The position numbers and the translations under genes were made by a program. A stretch of DNA of 63,153 nt, counting the filler. It is 7 parts of 7 records of this genome, joined end to end, with 100 filler letters (N's around TTAATTAATTAA, not from the genome) between each part and the next. Parts side by side here need not be neighbours in the genome. Positions count along the whole stretch, not along the records: positions 6,656 to 31,754 come from SRR20825010_3064; 6 more parts are not named here. One strand, given 5' to 3'. The notes beneath the pieces were generated by a model. It was not told the DNA's origin. It was given only the letters and a program-made list of their open reading frames with translations, and searched no databases. Below, one piece after another: positions 10,254-20,103 of this stretch (positions within the stretch are counted from its first letter, which is position 1; each line of letters opens with the position of its first letter).

Positions 10254-11525
10254 CTACCGGAAAACATCCACGAGGAACGTCGAGATCGGCGGCACATAAG
10301 TGATCAGAAGCAGGTCGGCGAGCAGCACCAGGATATAGGGCCAGATCGCAACCACGATCCGCTCGATGGCAACCTTGGTCACCGCCGAGGCGATGAACAG
10401 ATCCACCCCAAGCGGCGGGGTCACGGTACCGATGCTGAGATTGACTGCTATGATGATGCCGAACAGAACCGGATCGACACCGAAGCTCATCGCCGCCGGA
10501 TACAGGATGGAGGTGAAGATCACAATCGCCGCCGCCGCATTCATGATGCAGCCGACAAGCAGGAGAAAAACGTTCACCAGCAGCAGATAGACCAGCGGAC
10601 TGCCGGCCGCTTCAGCCAGATAGGACGAGATACTTTGGGGGATCTGGTTGATCGTGATCAGCCAGGCAAAGACCCCGGCACAGTTCATGATGAACATGAC
10701 GACGGCGGAGGAAATCACCGCCCGCCGGAAAGCCCGATAGAGATCGGCGAACGTGAGTTCACGGTACATCAGGCCGACCACGAGGCCGTACAGCACCGCG
10801 ACGATGGCCGCTTCCGTCGGGGTAAAGACACCGCCATAGATGCCGGAGAGAATGATGACCGGCATCAGCAGGGGCCAGAAGGCGGTCTTGAAACTCGCCC
10901 AGATCTCCGCTGTTCCCTGGAATTCCGTTCGTTCAATGCCTTCACGGCGGGCCAGGAACCAGTTGAGCGACAACATGCTCAGGCAAATCAGAATGCCGGG
11001 AAGCATGCCGGCGAGAAACAGGTCGGCGATCGAAACGCCGGTCACCACGCCATAAAGAATGAGCAGGATGCTCGGCGGGATGATCATGCCCGTCACGCCC
11101 GCAGCCGCGATCGTGGCTGCCGTGTATTGCGGACGGTACCCCTTCTCTTCCATCGGCGCGTTCATGACGCCGCCAATGGCGGCGACCGTCGCCGCGTTCG
11201 ATCCGGAGAGCGCGGCAAAGAAACTGGAGCCGAGAATGGCGACCGCTCCAAGCCCGCCGGTCAAATGGCCGACCAGGGAGCCGGCGAAATTGACCAGCCG
11301 CCGCGACATGCCGCCGGTGGACATGATCTCGCCCGCGAGGATGAAGAAGGGGATCGCGAGCAGCGGGAAGGAATTGTTCGTGGAGAGCATGCGCTGCGCC
11401 GCGATTTCAAGACTGATATCGCTGAGCAGCAGTCCGATCACGCTCGAGAGACCGAGCGCAACGGCGATCGGAACCCGCAAGAGCATGAAAAGAAAGAGAG
11501 AACCAAAAATTGCCAGGGTAATCAT
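10254..11525 (-). CDS. dctM: TRAP transporter large permease
   Basis: LLAIPFFILAGEIM, GMIIPPSI, TPPLGVDLF. Confidence 0.95.
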   Translation of the reverse strand: MITLAIFGSLFLFMLLRVPIAVALGLSSVIGLLLSDISLEIAAQRMLSTNNSFPLLAIPFFILAGEIMSTGGMSRRLVNFAGSLVGHLTGGLGAVAILGSSFFAALSGSNAATVAAIGGVMNAPMEEKGYRPQYTAATIAAAGVTGMIIPPSILLILYGVVTGVSIADLFLAGMLPGILICLSMLSLNWFLARREGIERTEFQGTAEIWASFKTAFWPLLMPVIILSGIYGGVFTPTEAAIVAVLYGLVVGLMYRELTFADLYRAFRRAVISSAVVMFIMNCAGVFAWLITINQIPQSISSYLAEAAGSPLVYLLLVNVFLLLVGCIMNAAAAIVIFTSILYPAAMSFGVDPVLFGIIIAVNLSIGTVTPPLGVDLFIASAVTKVAIERIVVAIWPYILVLLADLLLITYVPPISTFLVDVFR

Positions 11526-11559
11526 GTCAGATTGTCCATCTGTCCGGCACGGGGCAGCG

Positions 11560-12060
11560 CTACAGACCTTCGGTGAAGAGCGCGTCGCCCGGGGCGCGTA
11601 TCTGCCGAACGATCAGCTCGGCGGTGTAGAGGATCAGGAACGCCATGCCGACGGGAATGGCGCCATAAACCCAGGACATCGAAACCTCGAGCGCCGGCGA
11701 TATCTGGTGCTGGACACGAATGGTCAGATCGATGCCATAGACAAAGATCAGGACGAAGAACGCCCCGCTCAGCAGCGATGCCGCAATCAGGGCCGTGCGC
11801 CGCAGCACAGCAGGCAAACTGGCGACCAGCAGGCCGATCGCAGCATGCATGTTCCGCCGGAGCGCGACGGCTGACCCAAGAAAGATCATCCAGACGAACA
11901 GGTAGCGGATGAGTTCGTCCGGAAAGGCGAGAGAGCTTTCAATAATGAAGCGGAAGACGACCGTCGCGATGCCGAGAAGAAACATCACGACAAAGGAGAT
12001 CACGCAAACCACCGCCAGGGCGGTTTCGGATAGATCGAGAGCCTTGGTGAGAACCCGCAT
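11560..12060 (-). CDS. dctQ: TRAP transporter small permease
   Basis: 4 TM segments, DELIRYLFVWMIFLGS, SPALEVSMSWVY. Start MRVLTK at 12060. Confidence 0.92.
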   Translation of the reverse strand: MRVLTKALDLSETALAVVCVISFVVMFLLGIATVVFRFIIESSLAFPDELIRYLFVWMIFLGSAVALRRNMHAAIGLLVASLPAVLRRTALIAASLLSGAFFVLIFVYGIDLTIRVQHQISPALEVSMSWVYGAIPVGMAFLILYTAELIVRQIRAPGDALFTEGL

Positions 12061-12119
12061 CTTGTATGTCCTTGGCGGTGGTTGCAGAGCTATGGGTGCA
12101 GGGCGCTTGGCCCGGAACG

Positions 12120-13178
12120 CTATTTCGTGGCGACAGCCGCCTCGACCAGATCCGCACCGATCTTGCCGCGATATTCGGCCCAGACCGGCTCCATAGCTTT
12201 CTGGAAAGCGGCACTCTGTTCCGGCGTGAGACGCGTCACGACCATGCCTCCGGCTTCCATTTCCTTCAGATACTGCGCTTCCACCGCGTTCAGCTCTTTG
12301 CGCTCCCAGTTCTGGGTCTCGATCGCAGCTTCCTTGAACAGGGCCTGCACATTCTCCGGCTGCTCGCTCCACATCTTGTTGTCCGTAATGAACATGATGC
12401 CGGCCCACTGGTGATTGGACAGCGTGATGTTGCCTTGCACTTTGTCGAAGCCGAAGGCCTTCACGTTGCCGACCGGGTTGTCCTGGCCATCGACGGTGCC
12501 CTGCTGCAGACCGGTGAAGACCTCGGAGAGCGCCATCGGCGTCGGGTTCGCGCCGAGTGCCTTGAAGGTGGCGACATTGAGCGGGTTGTTCACAACGCGG
12601 AACTTGATACCCTTCATGTCATCCGGCTTCTCCACCTTGGTCTTCGCCGTGGTGATGGTCCGGAAACCGCTTTCATACATCGCGATGGTGCGGATACCGA
12701 CCTTGTCCAGCATGCCGGCATAGAGCTTCTGGCCGACCGGGCCGTCGGAGACCGCATAGGCATGGGCGCTGTCGCGGAACAGGAACGGCAGATAGAAGAT
12801 ATCCAGCGGCGGGTAGAAGCTGGCAACGTTCGTGGTCGGAACCAGGGCGAAATCCACCACCCCGATCTGGATCGATTCCACGAGCTCGCGTGAAGACCCG
12901 ATGGTGCTGTTCGGGAACACCTGAACCTTGATCTTCCCACCGCTCTTCTCGGCGACGATATCGGCGAACTTCTGCGCGCCTTTGGCCAGCGGGTGAGTCT
13001 CGTTATACGGATGCCCAAATTTCAGGGACAACTCAGGCATTTCCTGAGCCGTCGCATCTTGGCCCGTCGCGGCACCGGCCGTCATCACACCGGCAACCAT
13101 CAGGGCCGTGGCGGCATTGCGCATTCCCTTGAGCGCCCGGCGAGGCAGATCCGATTGAATTCCAAAGATTGAAGTCAT
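12120..13178 (-). CDS. dctP: TRAP transporter substrate-binding protein
   Basis: Signal-like N-terminus, ESGFRTIT, DMKGIKFRV, LQQGTVDGQDNP. Confidence 0.95.
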   Translation of the reverse strand: MTSIFGIQSDLPRRALKGMRNAATALMVAGVMTAGAATGQDATAQEMPELSLKFGHPYNETHPLAKGAQKFADIVAEKSGGKIKVQVFPNSTIGSSRELVESIQIGVVDFALVPTTNVASFYPPLDIFYLPFLFRDSAHAYAVSDGPVGQKLYAGMLDKVGIRTIAMYESGFRTITTAKTKVEKPDDMKGIKFRVVNNPLNVATFKALGANPTPMALSEVFTGLQQGTVDGQDNPVGNVKAFGFDKVQGNITLSNHQWAGIMFITDNKMWSEQPENVQALFKEAAIETQNWERKELNAVEAQYLKEMEAGGMVVTRLTPEQSAAFQKAMEPVWAEYRGKIGADLVEAAVATK

Positions 13179-13292
13179 GGTGAAGCACTCCTGTCCGTTT
13201 GTTTGTTTTCCGCCCTCCCGAGGCGGACTCCGAAACGATGGGCTTGAGTGCCCACTCTGTTTTGACGCGGCGGTTCGTTGACCGCCGTCAAT

Positions 13293-14093
13293 TCAGGTGA
13301 TCTCGCGCATGACCGGCTGGTCGTGGGATGCGGCGGGAACAATTTCGAGCACCCTGTCGCTTGGCGGCACGAAGATCCGCTGCCAGGTGATGGGGGCGTC
13401 ACGATAACTCATGCCGCAAATCGTCCAGACCATGCCGAACTGCCCCGGAGGCACATCGAGGTGGCGGGTGACGCGCGGCGGCAACGTCTGACAGACCATG
13501 GTCTGCCGCGTGTTCAGGGTTGGCGCGTTGAAGCGCTCGGCCAGCATGTCCCGGAAGGACACGCCGTTCAGCGTCGTGTCACTCATCCGGGCGAGGTCGG
13601 CAAACCGGTCCGCCGGAAGATAGACTTCGCTGAAGGCGTCGAATTCGTCATTCACGGAAACGAGCCGCTGGATATGGATATAACTGTCCACGTCGGCGCC
13701 GAAAAACGGGCTCCACGGGCCGGTCTCGCGCGTGGTTTCGACGCTGATAACCTTGAAGAAGATCGGCAGCAGCCGCTCCCCACCCTCGGCCATGAAGCGG
13801 AAATGGCGGAGATGCTCTTCCTGTGCCCGGGCGCCGGAGACGAACGTGCCGCTGCCATGCCGGCGCTCCACCACGCCCATCTGTACCAGACTTCGAAGAG
13901 AACGCCTTACCGTCCCAAGACTGGCGCCTGTCTCGACCGCGATCTGATCCTCGGCAGGCAAGCGCTCACCCGGCAACCAGCGACCGGCCTCAATCGCACT
14001 CAGGATCTCTTCCGAGATCTGACGATGCTTGGCTTTCGTCGCCCCCTTATCGGCGGCACTGACGGAGCGGAGTTTAGAGGCACTCATGCGCAC
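13293..14093 (-). CDS. GntR family transcriptional regulator (HutC/UTRA-like C-terminus)
   Basis: wHTH PGERLPAE...GTVRRSL...RRHGSGTFV. Confidence 0.9.
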   Translation of the reverse strand: MRMSASKLRSVSAADKGATKAKHRQISEEILSAIEAGRWLPGERLPAEDQIAVETGASLGTVRRSLRSLVQMGVVERRHGSGTFVSGARAQEEHLRHFRFMAEGGERLLPIFFKVISVETTRETGPWSPFFGADVDSYIHIQRLVSVNDEFDAFSEVYLPADRFADLARMSDTTLNGVSFRDMLAERFNAPTLNTRQTMVCQTLPPRVTRHLDVPPGQFGMVWTICGMSYRDAPITWQRIFVPPSDRVLEIVPAASHDQPVMREIT

Positions 14094-14123
14094 ATCATTC
14101 CTATCAAGGACATTACATACAAA

Positions 14124-14168
14124 ACGCTATTAGCACGGAAAGATAAGGTCAAGTCCTATATAGGACTT
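14124..14168 (-). promoter_or_regulatory. Putative gntR-operon promoter with palindromic operator
   Basis: Minus strand TTGACC (14152-14147), 17 nt, TAGCGT. Perfect 18-bp palindrome AAGTCCTATATAGGACTT at 14151-14168 touches the -35. Confidence 0.6.
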
Positions 14169-14461
14169 TGTGATTTTCTAATCTAAAACATGAAAAATAC
14201 CGCAAGTTCAGACACTTCCTCGCACCCGGAAGAAATCACACAGACACAGCTCTCACGCGCGGCATATCGGGTTACGTTAAGACTGCCCCGGCGCAGCTTC
14301 CCGGCAACGGCAGGGAAAGGTCTCCCCGTTCACATAGGCGGGGGATTTTCATGACACGGATCATTCGAAACTGGCGGCCGCCCTGTTCAGGCACTAGAAC
14401 GGCTTTCCGGTTCTGTTCTGTTCCCTTCCCAGTACCCACCGCACCGAGGAGCGCACTAACG

Positions 14462-15202
14462 TTGGAAAGCGATCTCGCCTATTACGGCATCGTTGCCCTG
14501 GGTGCCTTCGCCGGGGCACTGGCCACCGGCCTTGCAGGTTTCGCCTTCGGGATCACCTCGCTCGGGATCTGGGCACACGTCCTGAGCCCGGCGGAAGCGG
14601 CGCCTATGGTGATCATCTGCTCTCTCCTGATTGTCATCGCCACAATTGGCCCAATGTGGCGGGCGATCGACTTTCGTTCGGTCTGGATATTCCTGATAGG
14701 CGGATTGATCGGGGTGCCGGGCGGAGTTGCTCTCCTGCCTTATGCCGATCCTGGCCCCTTCCGGATCTTCGTCGGTGCAACCCTGATCCTTTATTGCGCT
14801 GCCTTTGTCATTGCCGGACGGCTTCCGGCGATTACCGGAAGATACAGGGCTATTGATGCTCTTGTCGGCTTCGGCGGCGGCATAATGGGGGGCTTCTCAG
14901 GCCTGTCAGGTGTGTTGCCCACGATCTGGTGCAGCCTGATGAAATGGCCGAAGGACCGCCAGCGCGGCACATTTCAGCTCTTCAATGGCGTCATGCACAG
15001 TGCCAGCCTCACCCTCTATATCCTTCAGGGCCGTCTGCCGGAAAACATCCTTCCCCTGCTCGGCGCTTCCGCTCCGACGATGATCATCGGCACCGGTATC
15101 GGATTTGCGCTCTACCGGAGGATCAACGACGCCCAGTTCAAAAAGATCCTGCTCTGGATGCTGGGCGTCTCCGGCGTCGGATTGCTGATCCCGGCACTCT
15201 AG
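14462..15202 (+). CDS. Sulfite exporter TauE/SafE family membrane protein
   Basis: [25 protein letters not shown], about 8 TMs. TTG start follows GAGGAG. Confidence 0.85.
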   Translation: MESDLAYYGIVALGAFAGALATGLAGFAFGITSLGIWAHVLSPAEAAPMVIICSLLIVIATIGPMWRAIDFRSVWIFLIGGLIGVPGGVALLPYADPGPFRIFVGATLILYCAAFVIAGRLPAITGRYRAIDALVGFGGGIMGGFSGLSGVLPTIWCSLMKWPKDRQRGTFQLFNGVMHSASLTLYILQGRLPENILPLLGASAPTMIIGTGIGFALYRRINDAQFKKILLWMLGVSGVGLLIPAL

Positions 15203-15624
15203 GACGGCACTGCTTCCGGCACATATTGAGCCAGGAACTCCGGGCTTGGAGCGATCGGCGTGATGATATCGATCAGCACCCCGTTCGGGTCCTGTGTGAT
15301 GAAATGACGTTGCCCGAAGGGCTCATCCCGCAGCGGCAGCAATATCGGTAATGCCGCGTCCTCTACCCGCGCATATTCCGCATCCACGTCAGCCACCTCG
15401 AAATTCAGGATCAGTCCGGTTGTGCGGCCGCGCCCGCTCTCCGGAATCGTTTCGTGGTCTCCCTGGAGAATGGCAATATTCACGGCTTCATCTTCCCTGG
15501 ACTGAAGATGAACGTACCAGTCGCTTTCGAAAGCAGGTTCAAAACGAAAATGCTCCCGATAAAACCGGGCCGTTCCGGCGACATCAGCGGTAAGGATAAC
15601 CGGGTAGAACTGCGTACATTTCAT
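15199..15624 (-). CDS. VOC/glyoxalase family protein
   Basis: [43 protein letters not shown]. Confidence 0.9.
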   Translation of the reverse strand: MKCTQFYPVILTADVAGTARFYREHFRFEPAFESDWYVHLQSREDEAVNIAILQGDHETIPESGRGRTTGLILNFEVADVDAEYARVEDAALPILLPLRDEPFGQRHFITQDPNGVLIDIITPIAPSPEFLAQYVPEAVPS

Positions 15625-15647
15625 TGCTTTCCCTCCAGCAGGAAAAT

Positions 15648-15693
15648 ACATACAGTGTGCATGTAAATATCAACAAACATACAGGCTGCATGT
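15648..15693. promoter_or_regulatory. Twin palindromic operators between divergent VOC and TetR genes
   Basis: ACATACAGTGTGCATGT (15648-15664) and ACATACAGGCTGCATGT (15677-15693). The second abuts the TetR ATG. Confidence 0.7.
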
Positions 15694-16293
15694 ATGCAAG
15701 AAAATTCCAGCCGGCGTTCCAATCGGGACCGCACCGAAGAAACCCGCACGGCTCTGCTCTCTGCAGCACGGGCCCTTTTCATCGAGAAGGGTTATGCCGA
15801 CACGGGCACTCCGGAAATCGTCAAGGCGGCAAACGTCACGCGCGGCGCGCTTTATCACCATTACCGTGACAAGGAAGACCTGTTCCGTGCCGTCATCGAA
15901 AGGGAAGCCTCCATGGTCAGCGCGGAAATCGACCGCAGCACCATCTCCGCCGAAACGCCTTTCGATGCGCTGGCATCCGGATCCGAAGCCTATTTCGATG
16001 CAATGGCCACACAAGGCCGCACGCGGCTGCTTCTGCTCGACGGGCCAGCCGTGCTTGGTCCGGAAGAGATGTCCCGGATCGACAGAGAAACCGGTGGCGG
16101 ATCGTTGCTGGAAGGACTAGCGGCGCATTTCGGCCGCACTCCGGACCCGGAAATGGAGGCTCTTGCAGATTTGCTCTCCGCCGCCTTCGACCGTGCGGCG
16201 CTCGCCATCGCGCATGGCGCTCCCCGGGGCAACTATGAGCAGGCCATGGCAAAACTGCTCCGCACGCTCGCCTCCACAGATACCCGGACTTGA
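15694..16293 (+). CDS. TetR/AcrR family regulator
   Basis: AARALFIEKGYADT...ANVTRGALYHHYRDKEDLF. Confidence 0.93.
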   Translation: MQENSSRRSNRDRTEETRTALLSAARALFIEKGYADTGTPEIVKAANVTRGALYHHYRDKEDLFRAVIEREASMVSAEIDRSTISAETPFDALASGSEAYFDAMATQGRTRLLLLDGPAVLGPEEMSRIDRETGGGSLLEGLAAHFGRTPDPEMEALADLLSAAFDRAALAIAHGAPRGNYEQAMAKLLRTLASTDTRT

Positions 16294-16326
16294 TCCACCA
16301 GAGAGGGCTACACCAGAGATTGGGCT

Positions 16327-16899
16327 TTATTCAGACAGCCGGTCGATGGCAGTCCAGAGACCTGGATAGTCGCGGACCAGCCCGGCGTCATTCAGAACCA
16401 GCATCGCCTTGAAACCATTGGCCGGAGACTCGTACTCATACCGGTCTTCCGTGACCCGGCGATACGTCTGGCGAAGCGGCTTCAGGGTCCAGTCGGACTC
16501 ATCGAACCAGGCTGCGGTGTTTTCAACGGAAGCCCCCGGAGCCAGACGGCTCCGTCTTACGGCAACAGTGTTCGTCGCCGGGGTAAAGCCGAGATCGATA
16601 TCCGCCGCCCCTTCGACGGCAGGGACAGGCTCCTCATTACATGTCCAGGCCCCGTCATCGCTCCGCCGGATTAGCTGATCAATCCGACGACCATCCGCCC
16701 ATCCAAGAAGACGTACCGTCCGGGTTAGCCAGTGCAGATCGCACGCGACACGATAGTCGATATGGAGAGGCGCCCCATCATGAAGTCCGGTTGCGGTGCC
16801 CGCAAGATACCATGCGTCATCGCTTCGCAGGATACGGCAAAGATCGGTGCCCGGCTCATCCAGCCGGCGCCAGACGATCCAACGTTCCGTCTTCACCAC
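16327..16899 (-). CDS. Putative glycolipid-binding domain protein (DUF1089-like)
   Basis: WRRLDEPG, W.TR, DIDLGFTPATNT, LRQTYRR, GLVRDYPGLW. Start approximate. Confidence 0.75.
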   Translation of the reverse strand: MVKTERWIVWRRLDEPGTDLCRILRSDDAWYLAGTATGLHDGAPLHIDYRVACDLHWLTRTVRLLGWADGRRIDQLIRRSDDGAWTCNEEPVPAVEGAADIDLGFTPATNTVAVRRSRLAPGASVENTAAWFDESDWTLKPLRQTYRRVTEDRYEYESPANGFKAMLVLNDAGLVRDYPGLWTAIDRLSE

Positions 16900-16903
16900 A
16901 GGG

Positions 16904-17389
16904 TCAAACGCCAGAGAGACCAAACAGCCAGAAGAGATAGACGGCAGCCAACACGCTGATTCCGGTGACACTCCAGAAACCAAGCTTGCGGATCAGTATC
17001 CGCCGTTCCGCGGCCCGCTGCTGGCGATCGATACGATGGTGCCGTTCCGCCTCGATAGCGCTGAGAAAACGCAACAGGCTATCAATGGACTCGCCAGCCA
17101 GGGCCTGGAATTGGGCTGCGATATTTTCTCCGTCATTCAGCCGGCGGACAATATCTGCGCTGAAGGGGAAGTCGATAACCTCCCGACTGCCCTTCCAGTA
17201 GATCGTGCCTTCGAGCGGAGATTCGATGTCTCGCCCGTCATCAGGCAAACGGGCCAGAAATCCACCGATGGAAATATCGACAAGCGGCAGCCGGCGTCCC
17301 TGCACTGAAGCATAGGCACCCGTTACGGACCACCGTCCGTGCCGGCGCCTTTCTTCAATGATCACTGCTTCGGCTACAGCATTCATCAC
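16904..17389 (-). CDS. PilZ-like domain protein with C-terminal membrane anchor
   Basis: ERRRHGR and VDISIGG match the PilZ RxxxR / DxSxxG motifs. Hydrophobic C-terminus. Confidence 0.6.
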   Translation of the reverse strand: MMNAVAEAVIIEERRRHGRWSVTGAYASVQGRRLPLVDISIGGFLARLPDDGRDIESPLEGTIYWKGSREVIDFPFSADIVRRLNDGENIAAQFQALAGESIDSLLRFLSAIEAERHHRIDRQQRAAERRILIRKLGFWSVTGISVLAAVYLFWLFGLSGV

Positions 17390-17834
17390 CTAGCCTCCAG
17401 TTCCCGGGCAACAGTCTACACGATCACGTCCAATCAGACTGCCACGGCCCATCAGGCTGCGTGCGATTATCTTCGTCATAGAGAATAAAACCGGATCAAG
17501 TAATGCATTAACTATCATGTGGTAATATTACCGGGTGCCACAAAAAAGTACATATAGGGTTACGCTATGCCGGAAATACCGCGCAAGATTGCGGTTTCGG
17601 CTGAGGCAGCACCGTTCAGGCCGGGACCAGCGGCGGCTGGAATCGGCTCACCCGGACTCTTGATATTAACCCTGCCAGCCCCCGTCAGAGCAAGATAGCC
17701 GACAGCAGTCCTAATACCCTCCCGCCGCGCAGGCAGAAATGCTAAATCAGCCCGTTGCTCCAAGCCTGCCCCCCGCATAGGGTGCCCGCGTGAACACTCG
17801 AGTATTATTTATTTCTCCAGGATAGATCTTCCCC

Positions 17835-18281
17835 ATGAGTCACTCGGCCGACATAACCGCATCAGATCAGCCTCCCTCCCTTGAGACCATGCTCGGCTTC
17901 AATGCCGATCTCGGCTTCCGCCTTGTCGAATGGGCGGACGGCTACGCGAAACTCGAGCTCGACCTGACGGAGAAGCACCTGAACCGCAGCGGCATCCTGC
18001 ATGGCGGCGTGGTCGCGACGATCATCGATGCCGTCGGCGGTTATTGCGGTGTCTGGGTCCCGGAAGGGGCCGAGAAAAAGCGCGCCCTCACCCTGTCCCT
18101 GACCACCAGCTTCATGGGAACGACCAAGGAAGGCCGGATCTATGCCATCGCCAAACGCCGTGGCGGCGGCCGCTCGGTCTTTTTCGCCAGCTGCGAAGTC
18201 TACAGCCCCGAAGGCACCCTGATCGCCATGGGTGAAGGCACCTACAAATCCCTGGCCAGCAAAGTCACCTCCGCCGGCTAG
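17835..18281 (+). CDS. PaaI family thioesterase
   Basis: HLNRSGILHGGVVATIIDAVGG hotdog motif. Confidence 0.92.
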   Translation: MSHSADITASDQPPSLETMLGFNADLGFRLVEWADGYAKLELDLTEKHLNRSGILHGGVVATIIDAVGGYCGVWVPEGAEKKRALTLSLTTSFMGTTKEGRIYAIAKRRGGGRSVFFASCEVYSPEGTLIAMGEGTYKSLASKVTSAG

Positions 18282-18295
18282 GCCGGATCACATGA

Positions 18296-18358
18296 TCACA
18301 GCCGTCCCGGGGGATGTTCGCGCAGGAAGTCGATGAAAAGCCGCAACAGCTCCGGACG
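18296..18358 (-). pseudogene. 3' remnant of a LysR-type regulator
   Basis: Hand translation RPELLRLFIDFLREHPPGRL*, like the LysR terminal helix (compare PLKVRRFVDGLKRY of the intact LysR at 28367-29299). Confidence 0.5.
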
Positions 18359-18466
18359 GTGGTGCTGTTCGGGATTGTGCTCTTTGCAGAAACCCCGGAC
18401 CTGCCGACCATCACCGGAATGGTGCTGATCGTCAGTGCCGGGTTCCTGGCGTTATTGAAGCGCTGA
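18359..18466 (+). pseudogene. 3' remnant of a DMT/EamA transporter
   Basis: Hand translation VVLFGIVLFAETPDLPTITGMVLIVSAGFLALLKR*, matching the EamA C-terminal G..LF.E.P.....G..LI..G pattern. Confidence 0.65.
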
Positions 18467-18471
18467 GCGGA

Positions 18472-20103
18472 TCACTTCGCGAAAGCGACATCCCGGCCCG
18501 GTGCGGCTGCGAGCAGCGAGCGGGTATATTCGTGCTGCGGGTTGGCATAGACCTTCGCGGTCTCGCCTTCCTCGACCACGACACCGTTCTGCATGACCAT
18601 GATCCGGTCGCAGATCTGCGCGGCGACCCGCAAGTCGTGGGTGATGAACAGCATCGCCAGATCGAAGCGCACGCGCACATCGTCGAGCAACTCCAGCACC
18701 TGTGCCTGCACCGAAACGTCCAGTGCCGACACCGCCTCGTCCGCGATCAGTACCTTGGGCTGCATGGCGAGCGCCCGGGCGATACAGATACGCTGACGCT
18801 GACCGCCGGAGAACTGATGCGGAAAGCGATCCAGCGCATCCGGGCTGAGGCCGACGATCTCCATCAGCTCGCGTGCCCGGCTGTCCGCCTCGGACTCGCT
18901 TACACCGAAATTCATCGGTCCCTCGACGATCGACTGGCCGACCGTGCGGCGGGGATTGAGCGAGCGGTACGGGTCCTGGAAAACGATCTGGATATCCCGG
19001 CGGTGCGGGCGCATCGCGTTTTCCGAGATAGTTGCTATCTCGGCACCTTCGACCTGGATAAGGCCGGAGCTCGGGTCCTGCAGGCGCACGATGCAGCGGG
19101 CCAAAGTCGACTTTCCCGATCCTGACTCGCCGACCACGCCAAGGGTTTCCCGGCGGTGCACGACCAGGTTCACATCCTTGTTGGCGTGCACCTTCCGGCT
19201 CTTCCGGAAGAGTCCAGTACCGCCATAAATCTTGTTCACGTTCTGGGCGATCAGGGCCGGGGCGCGTTTGTCGATTTCCGACCGATGGCTTGGCTCCATT
19301 GAAGGGACAGAGCCAATCAGCATCTTGGTATAGGGATGCTGCGGCCTCAGCAGGATCTCGTCCCGCGTGCCCTGTTCTACGATCTTGCCCTTTTGCATGA
19401 CGACGATGCGGTCGGCGATTTCCGCCACCACACCGAAATCATGGGTGATGAACAAAACGCCGGAACCATGCCGGCGCTGGATATCCTTGATCAGGTCGAG
19501 GATCTGCGCCTGGGTGGTCACGTCGAGTGCCGTTGTCGGTTCATCCGCGATCAGCAGGCCCGGCTCAAGCGCCAGGGCCATGGCAATCATGATGCGCTGA
19601 CGCTGCCCGCCCGAAAGCTGGTGCGGATAGCTGTCATACATCTTCACATGATCCGGCAGGGAGACATCCGCCATGACCTCAAGCACACGCTCTTTCTGCT
19701 CGTCCGCCGAGAGGCTGGTGTGAATTTCCAGCATCTCGCGGATCTGGTCTCCCACCTTGATGACCGGGTTCAGGGCCGTCATCGGCTCCTGGAAAATCAT
19801 CGCCATCTTCTCGCCGCGCAGCCGGCGCATTTCGGCGTCCGACTTCTTCAGCAGATCCTCGCCCTGGAGGATGATCTCACCGCTGACCGGCTTCACTTCC
19901 TTCGGGTTCAGCCCCATGGTGGTGAAAGCGGTCACGGACTTGCCGGACCCAGACTCCCCCACGACGCAGACGATCTCCCGAGCGTCGACGGTGAAGCTGA
20001 TATCCTCGACGGCGAACGGACGGTCCGCCCCTTTGGGCAGGGCGACCGAGAGGTTCCGGACTTCGAGAACGGGCGTGGCCGTTGTGGTTTTTGAATCGGT
20101 CAT
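18472..20103 (-). CDS. Peptide/nickel ABC transporter ATP-binding protein (two NBDs)
   Basis: Two GESGSGKS Walker A motifs, [12 protein letters not shown] and [12 protein letters not shown]. Confidence 0.96.
   Translation of the reverse strand: MTDSKTTTATPVLEVRNLSVALPKGADRPFAVEDISFTVDAREIVCVVGESGSGKSVTAFTTMGLNPKEVKPVSGEIILQGEDLLKKSDAEMRRLRGEKMAMIFQEPMTALNPVIKVGDQIREMLEIHTSLSADEQKERVLEVMADVSLPDHVKMYDSYPHQLSGGQRQRIMIAMALALEPGLLIADEPTTALDVTTQAQILDLIKDIQRRHGSGVLFITHDFGVVAEIADRIVVMQKGKIVEQGTRDEILLRPQHPYTKMLIGSVPSMEPSHRSEIDKRAPALIAQNVNKIYGGTGLFRKSRKVHANKDVNLVVHRRETLGVVGESGSGKSTLARCIVRLQDPSSGLIQVEGAEIATISENAMRPHRRDIQIVFQDPYRSLNPRRTVGQSIVEGPMNFGVSESEADSRARELMEIVGLSPDALDRFPHQFSGGQRQRICIARALAMQPKVLIADEAVSALDVSVQAQVLELLDDVRVRFDLAMLFITHDLRVAAQICDRIMVMQNGVVVEEGETAKVYANPQHEYTRSLLAAAPGRDVAFAK

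Noticed and set aside
14270-14350. Cobalamin riboswitch-like words (ACTGCCCCG...GGGAAAGG) upstream of tauE
   Set aside because: Core elements (GCAACTGT, CCACTG, AGCCAGGAGACC) are missing and the downstream gene is not B12-related.
17390-17834. RNA gene in the 445-nt intergenic region
   Set aside because: No tRNA cloverleaf or recognisable ncRNA motif; adequately explained as divergent promoters.
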